Source of the DNA: Glaucostegus cemiculus
Lineage: Eukaryota
Length of the DNA stretch: 64,000 bases
Direction: 5' to 3'
NCBI GenBank assembly: GCA_976551045.1
Contig: CDPCPM010000014.1
Coordinates: 38,068,001 to 38,132,000, forward strand
Shown here: piece after piece, positions 12,751 to 25,860 of the stretch
Layout of the letters: each line of letters opens with the position of its first letter
How positions within the stretch are numbered: the first letter of the stretch is position 1
The notes under the pieces: model-generated
What the model was told of the DNA's origin: nothing
The model's database searches: none
Seen by the model: the letters and a program-made list of their open reading frames with translations, nothing else
Translations under genes and position numbers: made by a program

Positions 12751-13387
12751 TGCATTTTTTTTTGCTTTCTTTTTCAAGGATGTTTGTTCCCATGTCATTA
12801 CTTCTGATCTTGGTCCTTCCAAAGCTGGAGGAAGGTCTGCAGAAGCTAGACACAAAGGAATGTTATTGCTTTCCTTTGTGGATGATTTTAAGTACACACT
12901 TTTGGAGCTTGAACCAAACAATAGCTGAGAAAGTCTAGTCCCATTAGCCATTTATGTTCAATGCCACAGGCACTTTGTCTGCAGTGTGTTGAGAAGAAAT
13001 CACCTCATGAGGTGAATCCCTTATTTATCCTGTAATTCTGCTGCTGCTGCTGCTGGAGGCAGAACTGACTTTAATACTGTTATAGTTGTAAATCTTTTAT
13101 TCACTATTTGTTTTCAATGCTATTTTGCAAAATTGTAGAATAAACAATGCAATGAACATGCTACTGTAACATTATAAGGTGATAAATGGTGTTCCCACAA
13201 TGGCTAATTGGTAACTATGGACATGGCTCAAGCCTCCAGCTAAAACTATTATGAAGTTCATTCTAAGTGTTTGTAAGTGCAATGGTAGATCAAAACTACC
13301 AACAGTGCATCAGGGTAACATGAACTAAGTTGATCAAAATCCACTGATGAAGTGAGTCATCTTGTTTTTATTTTTACACCTGTCCCT

Positions 13388-13484
13388 AAAGCAAGCTCTT
13401 TAAAACTTAAAACTCTTTAAAAGCAAGCTCTTTAAAACTTAAACTCTAAAAGAGCTTTAAAACTCTTTAAAAGCAAACTTAAAG
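13388..13484. repeat. Complex short tandem/inverted repeat built from a 32-bp unit
   Basis: aaagcaagctctttaaaacttaaaactcttta nearly twice, then scrambled subfragments. Confidence 0.9.
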
Positions 13485-14684
13485 TTTCAGCTAGGCAGAT
13501 GTATCAAAAATAGAGTCCTCCGTAACCAAGAACATAAGGCAATAAACATTCTCATTGCTGAATATAACAATAAGTAACTAATTTCTATTTCTCTTTTAAT
13601 TTTTCTTAATTAACCCACTGCTGCCCACGCTGGTACATTACACCTGTTGCCTGGTTGTAATGTTGCTCAGGAAAGATCTGATATAATTTCTAGTAAGCTT
13701 TGCATAAAGATACCCCTGTTGAAATATTTTATTAATTTATAATCTCCTCCATTGCAAACAGAAGTTTTCTTTTAATCAGCACTGATATAGAGGCAACCAT
13801 GTTAAGGCTGTTTGGGCAATGGAAGTTCGTCCCCACAGAATTCACAAATCACCACTGAAAAATTTGAGTTACGGAATAAAACTTGCTTTAACAGAATTTA
13901 CCTGAAAAAAATAAACACACAATTTATTTTTCTCAACTCTCATTTCTTGACCTAGTTTCATGCTACGGAAAATCATGAAATAATAGGGATGGGGTAAGGT
14001 GAGTTTGCCTACAGATGATGTAGTAATTAGTAGTAATTACATTGAAATGACACATTAGAGTCTGCAATCTCATTTGCAATGTTTATTTAAGTATGCTGCT
14101 TTGCAGTGCTCCCCATGTAAATTGGGTGTTCAGGGTTATGAATTGTCTCTAGAATTGTTGCTTTTGGTGACACTCACCTGTAATTTTCAACCATTTTTCT
14201 GCAACAAGTGGATGAGAGTAAATTTGAGAATAGCTAAGGGGGGGCGCAATGTTTTCACCTCCTGCTGTGCCCCTTTGCTTAATAGCTATCCATTTTGGAA
14301 TATATTTGCTACGTGCAGGATGTGAATGCCAGTGAAATATTGCATGAAAATATATCTTGCCTACTATTGCAAGGTGTAAAATATATATGCTCAGTGGGTC
14401 CTTAACCTTTGCAGAAGTGCATTGCAGAATATGCAGGCTTATACACATGAGACATTAAGAACTCAAACTAAGCATGTGTAATTTATTTAAGAGCTCTTCA
14501 CAGACTGTCACTGGAACATTCTACAAATGTTATTGCAACCTAGAGAGCAGTTAGTCATGTAATGGAATCCTTTAAGGGGTGATGGCCTTAAAGTAACAAT
14601 CATTGTTCATAAAGAACAGTACAATGCAAAGATGTAAACCAGCCACAGTGGAATAACCATACTGTATCCATGGAGCACTAAGTC

Positions 14685-15498
14685 AGAGTTATAGAGTTAT
14701 ACAACACAGGAACCCTTCAGCCCAACTGGTCCATCCTGACCAAACTTCCCACCACTGATGTTAGGCTCACTGGCCTGTAGTTCCATTGCTTAACCTTGCA
14801 GCCCTTCTTCAATTAAGGCACAACATTAGCCACCTTTGAGTCTTCCGTACCTCAGCTCTAATGAAGGTACAAAAATCTCTACCAGAGCCCCTGCAATTTC
14901 TTCCTTTGCTTCCCACAAGTCCTAGTGTACACTTGGTCAGGCCCTGGGGATTTATGCACCTACATGTGCCACAGGACCGCCAACATCTCCCCTTTTGTAA
15001 TATTGATATATTTCGGGACATCACTGTTTTTTTCCCGGAACTCCCTAGCTTCCATGACCTTCTACACAGTAAATACAGATGAGAAGTATTCATTTAAGAA
15101 TTCACCCATCTCATGTAGCTCCACACATAAATGACCACAGTGATCCTTAAGAGGATGTATGCTTTTTGTATTTACCTTTTTCCCCTATATATACTAATAG
15201 AAGCTCTTAAGATTCTCCTTTATCTTATCTCCCAAGTATAGCTTATGTTCCCTTTTTCCCCTCCTGATTTCCTTCGTAATTGAACTTCTACACCCATTTT
15301 ACTCCTCAAGGGATTCACTTGATCCCAGCTGCCTATACCTGACATATGCCTCCATTTTCCTGACCAGGGCCTCAATATCCCTTGTCAACCAGGGTTCCCT
15401 AATCCTGCCAGTGTTGCCCTCTAACACGAACATGTTGACCCTGAACTCTCCCCATCTCACCTTAAAAAGCCTCCCACTTGCTAGACGTCCCTTTACCT
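14685..15498 (-). mobile_element. CR1 LINE, internally deleted
   Basis: CR1 3' terminus (14685-14745) fused directly to the pre-RT ORF2 region; aligns with the copy at 31630-32400. Confidence 0.9.
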
Positions 15499-16814
15499 AG
15501 TCATTGGCAATGATCATTGAGATTGCAGCAGCTTGGAGTTTTCCTTTAGTCTTTCCCAAGTTGTAGTGGAAGCATTGGCTAACGTTGCTAATTTATTGTT
15601 CACTGATGTGTAATTAGGTAACTGCTACCTCGTTTTCTAAAATGAACAGCTTTATCACTTACCACATTGGCAAGAAAATGTCCCAACCATTCTTACAAAT
15701 GATAGACTTACCCACAGTGTGAAGTATAACTGTTGATGTACATTTTTTGTGACAGATGTTTTTCATAGCTATAGAAATCAATTGTGTACAAATGCAGCGC
15801 TGCCATCTCTGTCACAGAAGGTGTGTTGTAGCTTTGAATGCTGTGCTTGCAAACGAGTTTCACTTATCTTGTTACAGTCTTTATTCTTTACTCTGTTTTG
15901 AAAATGGAGGGAAACTGAAGCTTGGCTAGTTCTTGGCCTTTTCCCCTTGCTATGCACTCTCTGTATAAAAGCAGAAGGGTGTATTGAGAACATTGAAGGT
16001 CTCCCAAACCTAAAAAGAAGTCCATCGGGAATATTTTTATGCACAGTTAAAGGTCAGTTGGCCTTTTTTGGTGAGGTCACAGACAAAATTTGTCTGTTAG
16101 CATTGCATCCAAGTCCTTTGCAAAATACTGCCAGCATTCACGTGATCACTTATCCTCTCTTATCTTCTGTGAACAATCCTTCTATTGACCTGACAGCCAT
16201 GCTCTAAGGGTGAGTTAGGAAGGGTTGAGTAAAACTCGCTGTGGCATCAGAATTTATTTTCCTGAGCCAGATCAAAACCCAGCATTAAGACTCTGTGTTG
16301 AAGGAACTTCTTGCACTGTAGCATTGCTGAGTGAGCAAAAAGTATATCTTTAAAAGGAGAAGTAAGTAGTAGGTTTGGAATTATGTTACCTATCCCTTGG
16401 ATTGAAATTGTACCATGGGAAGAGTTAGACTTCTTTCAAAACTTACATGGATTTAAAGCTTTTGTCTTGCTGTCAAAAAGTTGACCTATCCCTGATAGTA
16501 CTGGATCACTTTTCACACAGTGTTTGGAGATGAGATGGTGCTAAGGATATGTACAACGTGACGAATGTCATACTATTTCCTTTTCTGCTGCACAGAGTGG
16601 CAGTCAGCAATCTGCAGAGAGATCTATCATGCACTGTCTTCTCCAAACAACATCAGAGCCAAAGTCCCAGAGCCATATCTAACCAGCTATTACATGTTAC
16701 AAATTTTCAGTTGAATTCTTAAGTAATTTGAATTTGCCCATCATTTCAGAATTAAAGGTTTAGAACTGATCTGCCCGTGCTTGTTGCTGACCTATATGGT
16801 AAGTGGGGACTTAC

Positions 16815-16948
16815 CTTTTCAGGAACTGCTGGTCTCAGTTTACTACTTGAAGCTGTTGTGATCCCAGATGGCCAGGGCTTGTGCATTACTGCAGGGATAG
16901 AAAAACTTTGGACTCGGAATGCTTCTCTACTTCATGATTTTCATGAAC
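16815..16948 (-). other. Candidate 134-nt exon (non-coding or 5' UTR/first coding)
   Basis: Acceptor ttatttttgtatgtttttgcag|G and donor AAG|GTAAGT; stops in all three frames, but an internal ATG frame (MHKPWPSG...VPEK) is open to the donor. Confidence 0.4.
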
Positions 16949-18869
16949 CTGCAAAAACATACAAAAATAATTCAAAATCAAGGGTAGATTCTCCAGTTTA
17001 ACTTCTGGGCAATTGCAGCCTGTTCACATTCTGCCAGGAGAATTCCAATGTTGGATTCCAATCAAAGAATTGTCGGTGAAGAGCAGCCTGTAAGTGTGAA
17101 ACTTTTGCATTCATAGGTGAACCCTGAATTTTATGGCACTTGGACTGAGTAGTTGGGAACTGCTGGCTCTTCTCAGAAAGTTCTGGTTTAATGTTTAACC
17201 GACTGCATCTGCCTCACTGACAACCATACAGCAGAGGAAGTTTAATTCACCGGCACTTCAGCTGGTTCCATTGAGTAAAGTAGGCATGAGAAATTAGCAG
17301 TGCTTGTCTTTACAAGTGAAGTTTAAGGCTTAACAGACATTGGCTGCAGCATGTAGGATATTTAGATCTCCATTGTCCATAAGAGATCGGAAATGAAATG
17401 CTGAGGTTTTTTTGTTTAACATATGGAAAGAATACAGTTTGGCATTTTCTGACTTCTGTTGGGTGTGCAATATGGGACTTGTTTTGAGAGAAAACCATTG
17501 TAGCAAAACTACAAGAATGACCTATAACTACTTTCCCTTTGGGAAACAAATGGTTTAATCTGCCCCACTGACACAGTGGTGTATGTGCAACTGCTGGCTT
17601 GTGGCTGACCTTGGAATAGCACTGGACATTTGAATTTCAGTTGCTTTCAAATCAAAACTTCAGAAAACATGCATACTAAATTGAAATACTGGCTGTCCTC
17701 ACAAAACACAACTAGTTGATGTGTATGTATGCTAGCAGTTTTCTTATTCTAATGTAAATTGGGCATTCACTTCAAGCAGTGAAAACACCAGTGGGGTTAT
17801 ATTATTACCAAGGAAACTGCACTAAGGACATAGCAATCTGAATGCTACACCACTGTAGTGTAAATGATTTTCCTTCATTACACTAATTAATTCTACAGAA
17901 AAGAAAATAATGAACGTAATGTGTATCAGATCTGCTAAGTTTACACAACTGACAATTTATTTTTAAGATTGACTCATTTGAAGTAAACAATATCTATGAG
18001 CATCCTTGTCATACTGATTGGAAATGTCACCGCTCTCTGATGCAGTGCCTCTGATTTACATCATTATGGAAGTACTCAGTTGTAAGATATACAAAACAGC
18101 AAGACACAACACAAACAAAGCCATGCTGAAGCGTACAACCAATATTATTGTAATTTTACTTCATAGCATTTTGCAAAAGCATTGGGGTGATCTTGAGGTT
18201 TGCCTGAGCTGGCACTCTTTCCAAACCTAGTCTGGTTTGTCTCTTGTTTGGCTACATACCATTCCCGTTCCTCTGCAGCTTCTCAGAGTAAGAGATAAAG
18301 GAGAAGAGAAAAGGGAAAAATAGAGCTTAGAGAAATTAACTTAAAGAAATGCTTTCATACCACTTGCAGAATGGTACTGTGGAAGAAATTCCAGAACTCG
18401 AGAGAGAGGGAGACAAAGAGTGAAGGAAAAGATGGTAAATTGCATAAGACTGTTGGAGCAGCAGTGCAAACCTGCTCTAAGTTAAAAGCTCTAAATTCAA
18501 TTTCTGGCATAATATTCAGAACATTTGATCCTTGTCCTTATTCAAAATAATGGAGATTTTAGTCTTCATTCATTGTTATAGATTGATATGAATGTAGCAA
18601 GAAAATTGAGAAACATTTAAAAGTAAATGTTTTTTAAACCACAAAAAGCACAGAAAGTAATTTCATCAAAAGGCTACAGGAAGAATTGGAAAGTTGTTAG
18701 AAGGGTTATCCAGAAGAGAGAAAAAAAAGCTTTTTTTCCTACTCTTTGTTCCTGTAGTTCTTAGACTTTTGGTTTTGGGTCCAGCAGAAAACCTATGACC
18801 TTGCGAATAGATGGTGTAAGAAGTGCGCAGGAGGCTCAGCGACTTTCTGATATCCATGACGTGCGCTGT

Positions 18870-20485
18870 AAAAGCCAAGCCCCACTCCTTCAAGAGTCAG
18901 AAATGAGACTGAATTCATCAGGGACAGAGGGACAGTCAAAGCTCACTGAAATGAAAGAAGCACTTTGAAGACCTCCCTGATATGAGTGTCCTTGACTACA
19001 TTCCACAGCAACTCACTCGGGCTAGCTTTGCTGCAACTCCTGACTGAACCGAAAAATAACAAGGACTTGAAAGTAAATGGTATCCCCTCTGACATCCTAA
19101 AACTTGCAATGAAAAGCTTTGCTCATAAATCCACAGCCTTATAAACCACCCTTGGGAAGAGGTGAATATTTTCGGTACATCAGAGATACCATAAATGTGA
19201 TCATCTTCAAGAGAGGATACAAGTCTGACTATGGTAACTACAGAAGGATTTCCCTGCACTCTACTACGCAAAAGATCATCTGTTTGGTCCTCCTTAACTG
19301 CAAAGGATTGCTCCCTGAGTGGCAATGCTGATTCCATCCATCAAGAGACACAGTATGTCAGAACTCCAAGAAAAATTCAGGGAACACCACTATTGAGTAT
19401 AGGTCCTCTTCAACCTCACCAAAGCCTTTGACTCCCAGTTGGATGGACTGTGGAACACCCTCTTCATGTTTGGCAGCCCACAGAAATGTGTCCCCATCAT
19501 ACCCCTGACCCATAGCAGTATGCAAGCTTCGACAGTGAAGGTTCGCAGTGAGACACTAAAAAATGTGGACCACTTTCAAATTTTGGGATTTCCACTTGCT
19601 GAAGACTGACGTTATTGTTGAAATTCACCATCAGCACCCTCTTTGGTCAATTGAGGAAAAGGATATTGGTAGGTCAAGAACTCAGACATGGCACAAAGTT
19701 CAAGGTCTACTGAGCAACAGTGATCTCCTTTATGAGACTAAGAGTACCTACAACAGGCATCTAAAGACACTGGAAAAATACTGAACTCAACAGTGTGTAC
19801 TTCAGGACTCTGGTATTGGGTGTCGGTCATGCAAACCCAATGTAGCTGACTGAGTATAACTATGGCCTGAAATCTGGGGATATTAGCCAAAGAGGGGGTG
19901 CTGATGTTGATTTGCTTATTCTTCCAGACATCTGAAGGCTCTGGAAAAATACCACCAATGTAGTCTTTGCAAAGTCCTCCAAGTTCATTGGAAGAATAAA
20001 CAAACCAACATCAACGCCTTGGCCAATATTCCCAGATTTCAGACCCTAGTTATATTAAGTAACCAACATTGGGCAGACCACTTCCTTTGCATGCCCGGCA
20101 CCCAACACCAGAGTCCTGAAACACTCGCACTGTTTGGAACTCGTTCATGGAAGAAGGTTATCAGTCAGACAGAGGAAAAGAGTTTAAAGATGTGCTGAAA
20201 GCTTCTTTGAAGAAGTATAACGTTCTCCCTAACTCTTGGGAATCTCTGGGTCAAGACTGCTCAAAGTGGAGAAGGAACATTTGGAATGATATTGAGAATC
20301 TTGAGGCTGTGCATTGGGAGCACACAGAAGCCCTGGGTAAGAGGTGGAAGGGGCACAGCGCCTCACAAACCACCCACTGACCCTGCCCCATCGGATACCA
20401 CCTGCCCGATCTGTGAAACAGTCTGTGTTTCCCACAATAATCTTATTAGCCACCTAAGAACCCACAAAATGGAGATAGAAGTAAG
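18870..20485 (+). mobile_element. RTE-clade LINE remnant
   Basis: IIFKRGYKSDYGNYRRISL (ORF 19119), EFKDVLKASLKK (ORF 20147) and terminal C2H2-like CPICETVC...LISHLRTH (ORF 20286); many stops and deletions. Confidence 0.9.
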
Positions 20486-21989
20486 TCGATACATTAGTAC
20501 AGCAGCTCTATCCACAGCTGTAAAGACTTTTGTAAAAAGCTCAACAGAAAGGATCAGGTTTAAATCTGGGAATTTCTTTACTGGTTTGTTTTGCAGTACA
20601 GAAAAGGTTTTCAGATTGTTGCCACCTCTCTATTTGCATGTCTAGTACTGATGGATGACTTTCTGTTACTACAGCTTTTGATAGTGTATTTAGTAAGATC
20701 CATACTGTACTAGGTTTTGTCTACATTAGGGCTTTAAATGGTATTCTTATTAACTAAATGATTTTTTTTCTCGCTGTCTGGAATGTGACTGTGTCTGTTT
20801 ATTGAAAATTTATGGGTCATGGATTAATTTCTTCCTATTGATAAAATGGCACTACCTTCAGATTTTGATTTTGTCTGAAGCAGTCAATTGTATTTGGAAA
20901 GAAGTCAAGGTGCAATAATGTTCCTTCCAGAACCTGTACAATAATAATTGAAGTATTTCTTAGCATTCACTTTCTTTTTGTGAAAGAGCTGAGGAATTAA
21001 TAGCCTGCAAACAAGTTGAAGAATAAATGGTCAAATGTTATTAGAGACAGATGAGAGGTAGTCTGACAATGTAATACCATTATCTGACTGATTTCAGACA
21101 ATGAAGGTACTTGGTTTCTCATGGCTCTTGAATCTGTAATGACCAAAGGTATTCCATCATAACACTCAGTTGTTTCCATAGCTTTCTCTTCCACTATTCT
21201 GGAAAATCCATTCCCAGTATTAGACAGCAATCCTAAACTGCATCTTACTAATTCGCAGCTTTGTTTGCTTGTGTCACTCTCAGATTTTAGTTATAATCTT
21301 GATTATAATTTTCTGGATTTACCTTTTCTATTAAATGTTGTGCAGATCTCTAAAAGATCACCACGTTGTCATTCTGTTTTCATGGATGAACAGCTCGATC
21401 TAATCTTTTCTCACTATGCAGGAAGCATGAGCAAAGATCCTTTGGTTCTTCTGAATTGCCTTTGGGGTTTGACTACTTTTTTTATCTGTTGTTTTTGGAA
21501 TTATTGGTTATAATGGATGTTTTGTCATATCACTACACTCTATTTAAATTTTCTTAATTTGTATTAACTACATTTTTTTGTAATCTTTATAGTAATAATG
21601 TCCATTGTTTAAATTACTGAATGATGGACCAGCTTGTACTTGACGGGATCATGCCTCACAATTGCTCCCCACACCATATGATTCCTTGCAATGCATAGAC
21701 CTTTTGCAGCTCCAAAGATCTAATCCAGCATAGGGTTTTGCAGCTGTGCTGTATCATGAAGTGGAACAGTTTATGAGCGGCAACTAGCTTTTAGTTAGGG
21801 GATTCTGAGTCCCCGCATCCAGATCACGCTCTCAAAAATTTTTTCATGGGTTTTAAGACATTTAATAAGAGCCATTTAAAAATAGGCAAAATCAATTTAA
21901 AGGAATTGAAATAAAATAAAATTTAACTCACTGGATTGGGGCTACTCCATGTAAGCCAGCCGTAGCTTGCTGAGGGGCTTAATGTGACT

Positions 21990-22260
21990 GTTGTCGTCGT
22001 AGCTATCCCTGGAGGTCAAGGATGATGGTCTTTGTTCTATTGATCTATTTATGGGCTCTCTTTCTCAGCTACCAAACAACTTTCCTGCTTCTGTCCAAAA
22101 GTTAAGCGACTGAATCAAGTATTTTCCGCTTTCGTGCTGGTTCTTGACTAGGAGCTTCCAGCCATCATATTGCCTGCTCCTATCGCCCTTCTCCGATCAC
22201 CGAAAGTAGCCCACAGAGCGAAGACGCCTTTCACTGTGACTGTATCTGGCCCCTCAACCT
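21990..22260 (-). mobile_element. RTE-like LINE 3' fragment
   Basis: gtcgtcgtagctatccctggaggtcaaggatgatgg resembles the antisense of the RTE terminus seen at 58640 (gtcatccttgatcgtgaaggactgcct). Confidence 0.5.
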
Positions 22261-22459
22261 ATGGCTTTTATGCTCCTTGTCCTTGACTCAGTGGTGACCT
22301 GGGTTCAGGTCTACAATGTGCTGAAATGAAAGCTATAGAAATGAATAACCACATATTTTTTCCGCATTCATTCCTTCTACCATTCCTTACCTATTGCTCA
22401 CTTAACCTGTTTCTATCAGCCTCTTTGCATTTTCCAACAGTTTCATAATCAGCAAACTT

Positions 22460-23780
22460 AGAATCACAGAATATTTATGATACAGAAGGAGACCATTTGG
22501 CCCATCAAATCCTGCCAGTCAATAAAGAGGCCTCTAGCCTAATCCCACCTTTTAATACACTGCAGTCGGGCCTCTTCAAGTACACATCCAGGTACTGTTT
22601 TCTGCCACCATTCTTTCATCAGGCAGTGAGTTCCAAACCCTTAGCATGATCTGGGTGAAAAAAGATTCTTCCTTATCTTCCCTCTAATTTTTCTACCAGT
22701 TACCTAACATCAATGTCCCATGTTTCTATGGGCAGTCGTAGAGTCATACAGTATAGAAACGGGTACTTCAGACCACCAGGTCCATCTGCACGAATCCCAT
22801 TTGGCCACATTTGAATTGTAGCCTTCTGCGTCTGTCTAACTTCCTCCTAAATGTAGCAATTGTGCCTGATTCCAATCAGCATGTTCCGGACATCAACCCT
22901 CTGTTTCTTTGAACCCTTTGCGAAAGAAGATACATCTTTCTACTAATTCTGCCTGGGGCTTTCATTATTTTATAGGCCTTAACTAAATCTCACCTCAAGC
23001 TCTTCTGTCCCAAAGAGAACAACATCACTTTATCCAATTTTTCCACATAGCTGCAATGTTCCAGTCCTGGCAGCATCTTGTACCCTTTCAAACACAATCA
23101 CATCTATCCTGTAGTGTCATTACGTAACTCAAGCTGTGGTCTAACTACAGTTCCAGCATAACCTTCCTGCACTTATATTCCATGCCTTGGCTCATAAAGA
23201 ATAGCATTTCATAAGCCTCATTAACCTTATCAACCTGACCTGCTTACCTTTAAGGATTCATATACATAAACTTCAAGGTCCCCCTGTTCCTCCAAACCTC
23301 GCAGTATACTCTTGTTGTGCTTCACCTCCCCAAATGTATTACCTCACACTTTAAATTTCATTTGCCATGTTTCTGTTTAACTGATCAGACCATTTGTATC
23401 TTAATGCCATCTATAACTTTGCTTCTCACTGTCAGCTACACAATATGTTGTAGTCTTTTTTTTATCCAAGTCATCATGGTAGATGGTAAACAGCTGAAGA
23501 CATAGTTCTGATCCCTGTAGTACATCTAGTAACAGACTTGTATCCTGAAGAACTGTTTATCCCTACTTTTTTTGATGTTTAGCCAGTTTTCTGTTCAAGT
23601 TAATATATTATCCCATATCCAGTGACCCTGTATTTTATACAACTTTAATGTTGTTTTTTAATCTTGCGCTTTTTAAAAACAGATATACTTCATTTGCTAG
23701 TTTCCCTTATCTACAAAAGTTGTCAAAAGATCTATTTTGTTTGTCAAACACTATTTCAATTTCGTAAATTGATGTTGACT
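22460..23780 (-). mobile_element. Nested degraded CR1 fragments
   Basis: CR1 termini at about 22460 and 22738, followed by antisense ORF2 similar to 30660-31400. Confidence 0.8.
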
Positions 23781-24095
23781 CTGCCTACTGATAGTCCAAT
23801 TTTCTACGTGTCCTTTTACCAAGTCTTTAAGAATTTCATCCAGCAAGTTTCCAACTTGCTTCAGGCACTTGAATATGGTTATATATTTTCTCCCTCCCTA
23901 TTTTCTTGAAATTACAGCCTTCCACTCCTCTTGACGTTGTTTCAAAACCGTATAAAAAGAAAACCATGCACTGGGATTTGTTTCTAGAGAAATAAATCAA
24001 AGAGTTCAGAAGTTGCTTCAAACTTGCAAAGGACCTTGGTGCAGCACACACTCTGCTTTGCACCCCTTTGTTTCTGTATTATGAAAAGGATATGT

Positions 24096-24389
24096 CAGCA
24101 TGGTAGCATAGTGGTTAGCACAATGTTTTACAGCACCAGCGACCCGGGTTCAAATCCGGCCACTGTCTGTAAGGAGTTTGTACGTTCTCCCCTTGTCTGT
24201 GTGGATTTCCTCCGGGTGCTCCGGTTTCCTCCCACATTCCAAAGACGTACAGGTTAGGAAGTTATGGGCATGCTATGTTGGCGCCAGAAGTGTGGCGACA
24301 CTTGCGGGCTGCCCCCCGAAATCACCAGGCAAAATATGTATTTCACTGTGTGTTTTGATGTACATGTGACTAATAAAGATTTTCTCTTA
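24096..24389 (+). mobile_element. tRNA-derived V-type SINE
   Basis: A-box-like TAGCATAGTGG, B-box GGTTCAAATCC, core TTTCCTCCGGGTGCTCCGGTTTCCTCCCACA, tail gtacatgtgactaataaagat. Confidence 0.92.
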
Positions 24390-24404
24390 GTGGAGAAAGT
24401 GAAA

Positions 24405-24650
24405 ACATAAGAAAATCAAAGCAGGTGTAAGTCACTTGACTCCCTATGCCCCCAGCCTCATTTCTTCCTCTGTGTCTGATTTTTTTCAAACATTTATCTA
24501 TTTCCTCTTTAAATACCCCAATGGACAAGCCACCACGGCCTCCCAAGATGGAGAATTCCAGAGATTCACCACCCTCTGCAAGAAGATCCTACATACCTCA
24601 GTTTTAAATGACCACCTGACTCACCTTGTAACCATGTCCCTCATTTGACT
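24405..24650 (-). mobile_element. CR1 3' fragment
   Basis: aacataagaa...gcagg terminus and gaattccagagattcaccaccctctg. Confidence 0.7.
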
Positions 24651-24679
24651 ATTTACAGAAGTATTATCAAACCTGGCAG

Positions 24680-25050
24680 GATATACCTTTCAGGAAAGAT
24701 TTGACAGGCTGGGCTCTTTAGAAAAGCGAATGCTGAGTGCTGACTTGATGATGCTTTTAAGGTTATAAAAAGGAGGTGGATATACTGAAAATGTTTCCAA
24801 GTGTGAGGAGTCTGTAATTAGGGGTTACTAATGCAAGGCAGTCATAAGTAAATACAAATGTCAAATCTTTACTTTGAAGATGTTAGAATGTGCAGCTCTC
24901 TAAGCACCAGTTGAGGTGTCCATGATAGATGTATTTAAGGGGAAGCTCAATGAAATGTGGTAGAGAAAGGTAGGGAAGAGGGATGGAAGTGGTGAGCATG
25001 GAGCATAGATCATAGAATACCAGCAGAGATCGGTTGGGTTAAACTGTTAA
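24680..25050 (+). mobile_element. Old CR1 3' fragment
   Basis: ERFDRLG-like gaaagatttgacaggctgggctc followed by CR1 3' UTR blocks. Confidence 0.65.
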
Positions 25051-25860
25051 AAGATACGCATTAACTACTCAGAGCTATTGTTACTCACTTAATATAAGAA
25101 TTTGTAATTAAATCTTGTGAGCAGGTTTAATATCTTGTTCCTTTGATGCATGCAAATGTTTTCAGTTTTGAAATGAAGAAAACCTGCAAAATTCCATTAC
25201 AAAAATCATTTAATCATCACATCCACATTTCTGTAAAGTGGTTGTAACTTCAGAAGATGCTTTCCTTAAGGTACTAATAACACATTACTTACAGTTGGTT
25301 GACCAAATTGCTGTTGTTTACAAAAAGATTGCACCTTATGTAAAGCAACTGATTTAATTAACATTACTTAGCAAATGCTGTAGCGTATTGTTTTCTGTTG
25401 AAGGAACAATATGGTAATTGAGATCATTGTTCAGTGCTGTCAATCTCTTTGCCACATGCCATATTTTGCACTGTAGGTTATCAATTTTGAAACTAGTGTA
25501 TCACTGAATTATAATTCAAGAATTTTACATTGCTGTTTTATTTTCCATTTTCTCTTCAACATCTCTGTTGCATTGTCTTCCAGTGAAAAGATGGGAACGG
25601 GAATATTCTGAACATAGATGCCCAAATGAGCTCTCCTGTCTTCATTCAGTGCCCAGACATGTCAAGAGAATTTTCCATTTAATCGTTATCCCTCAGCATC
25701 AAGAAAAAACAAGTTTTAATTACCCAATTAATATGCCATTATATTAATTATGTCCAAGACTTTGTTTAATAACAAGTTCCTTCAGAGGAGAGTGATTTGA
25801 GATGGTAATAGAGTTTGGCTGCTTAACTTCATTTGATGCTTAAGTTGGGCAACTATTCAT

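Noticed and set aside
24096-24165. tRNA-like sequence with A and B boxes
   Set aside because: It is a SINE head continuing into the V-core; no full cloverleaf.
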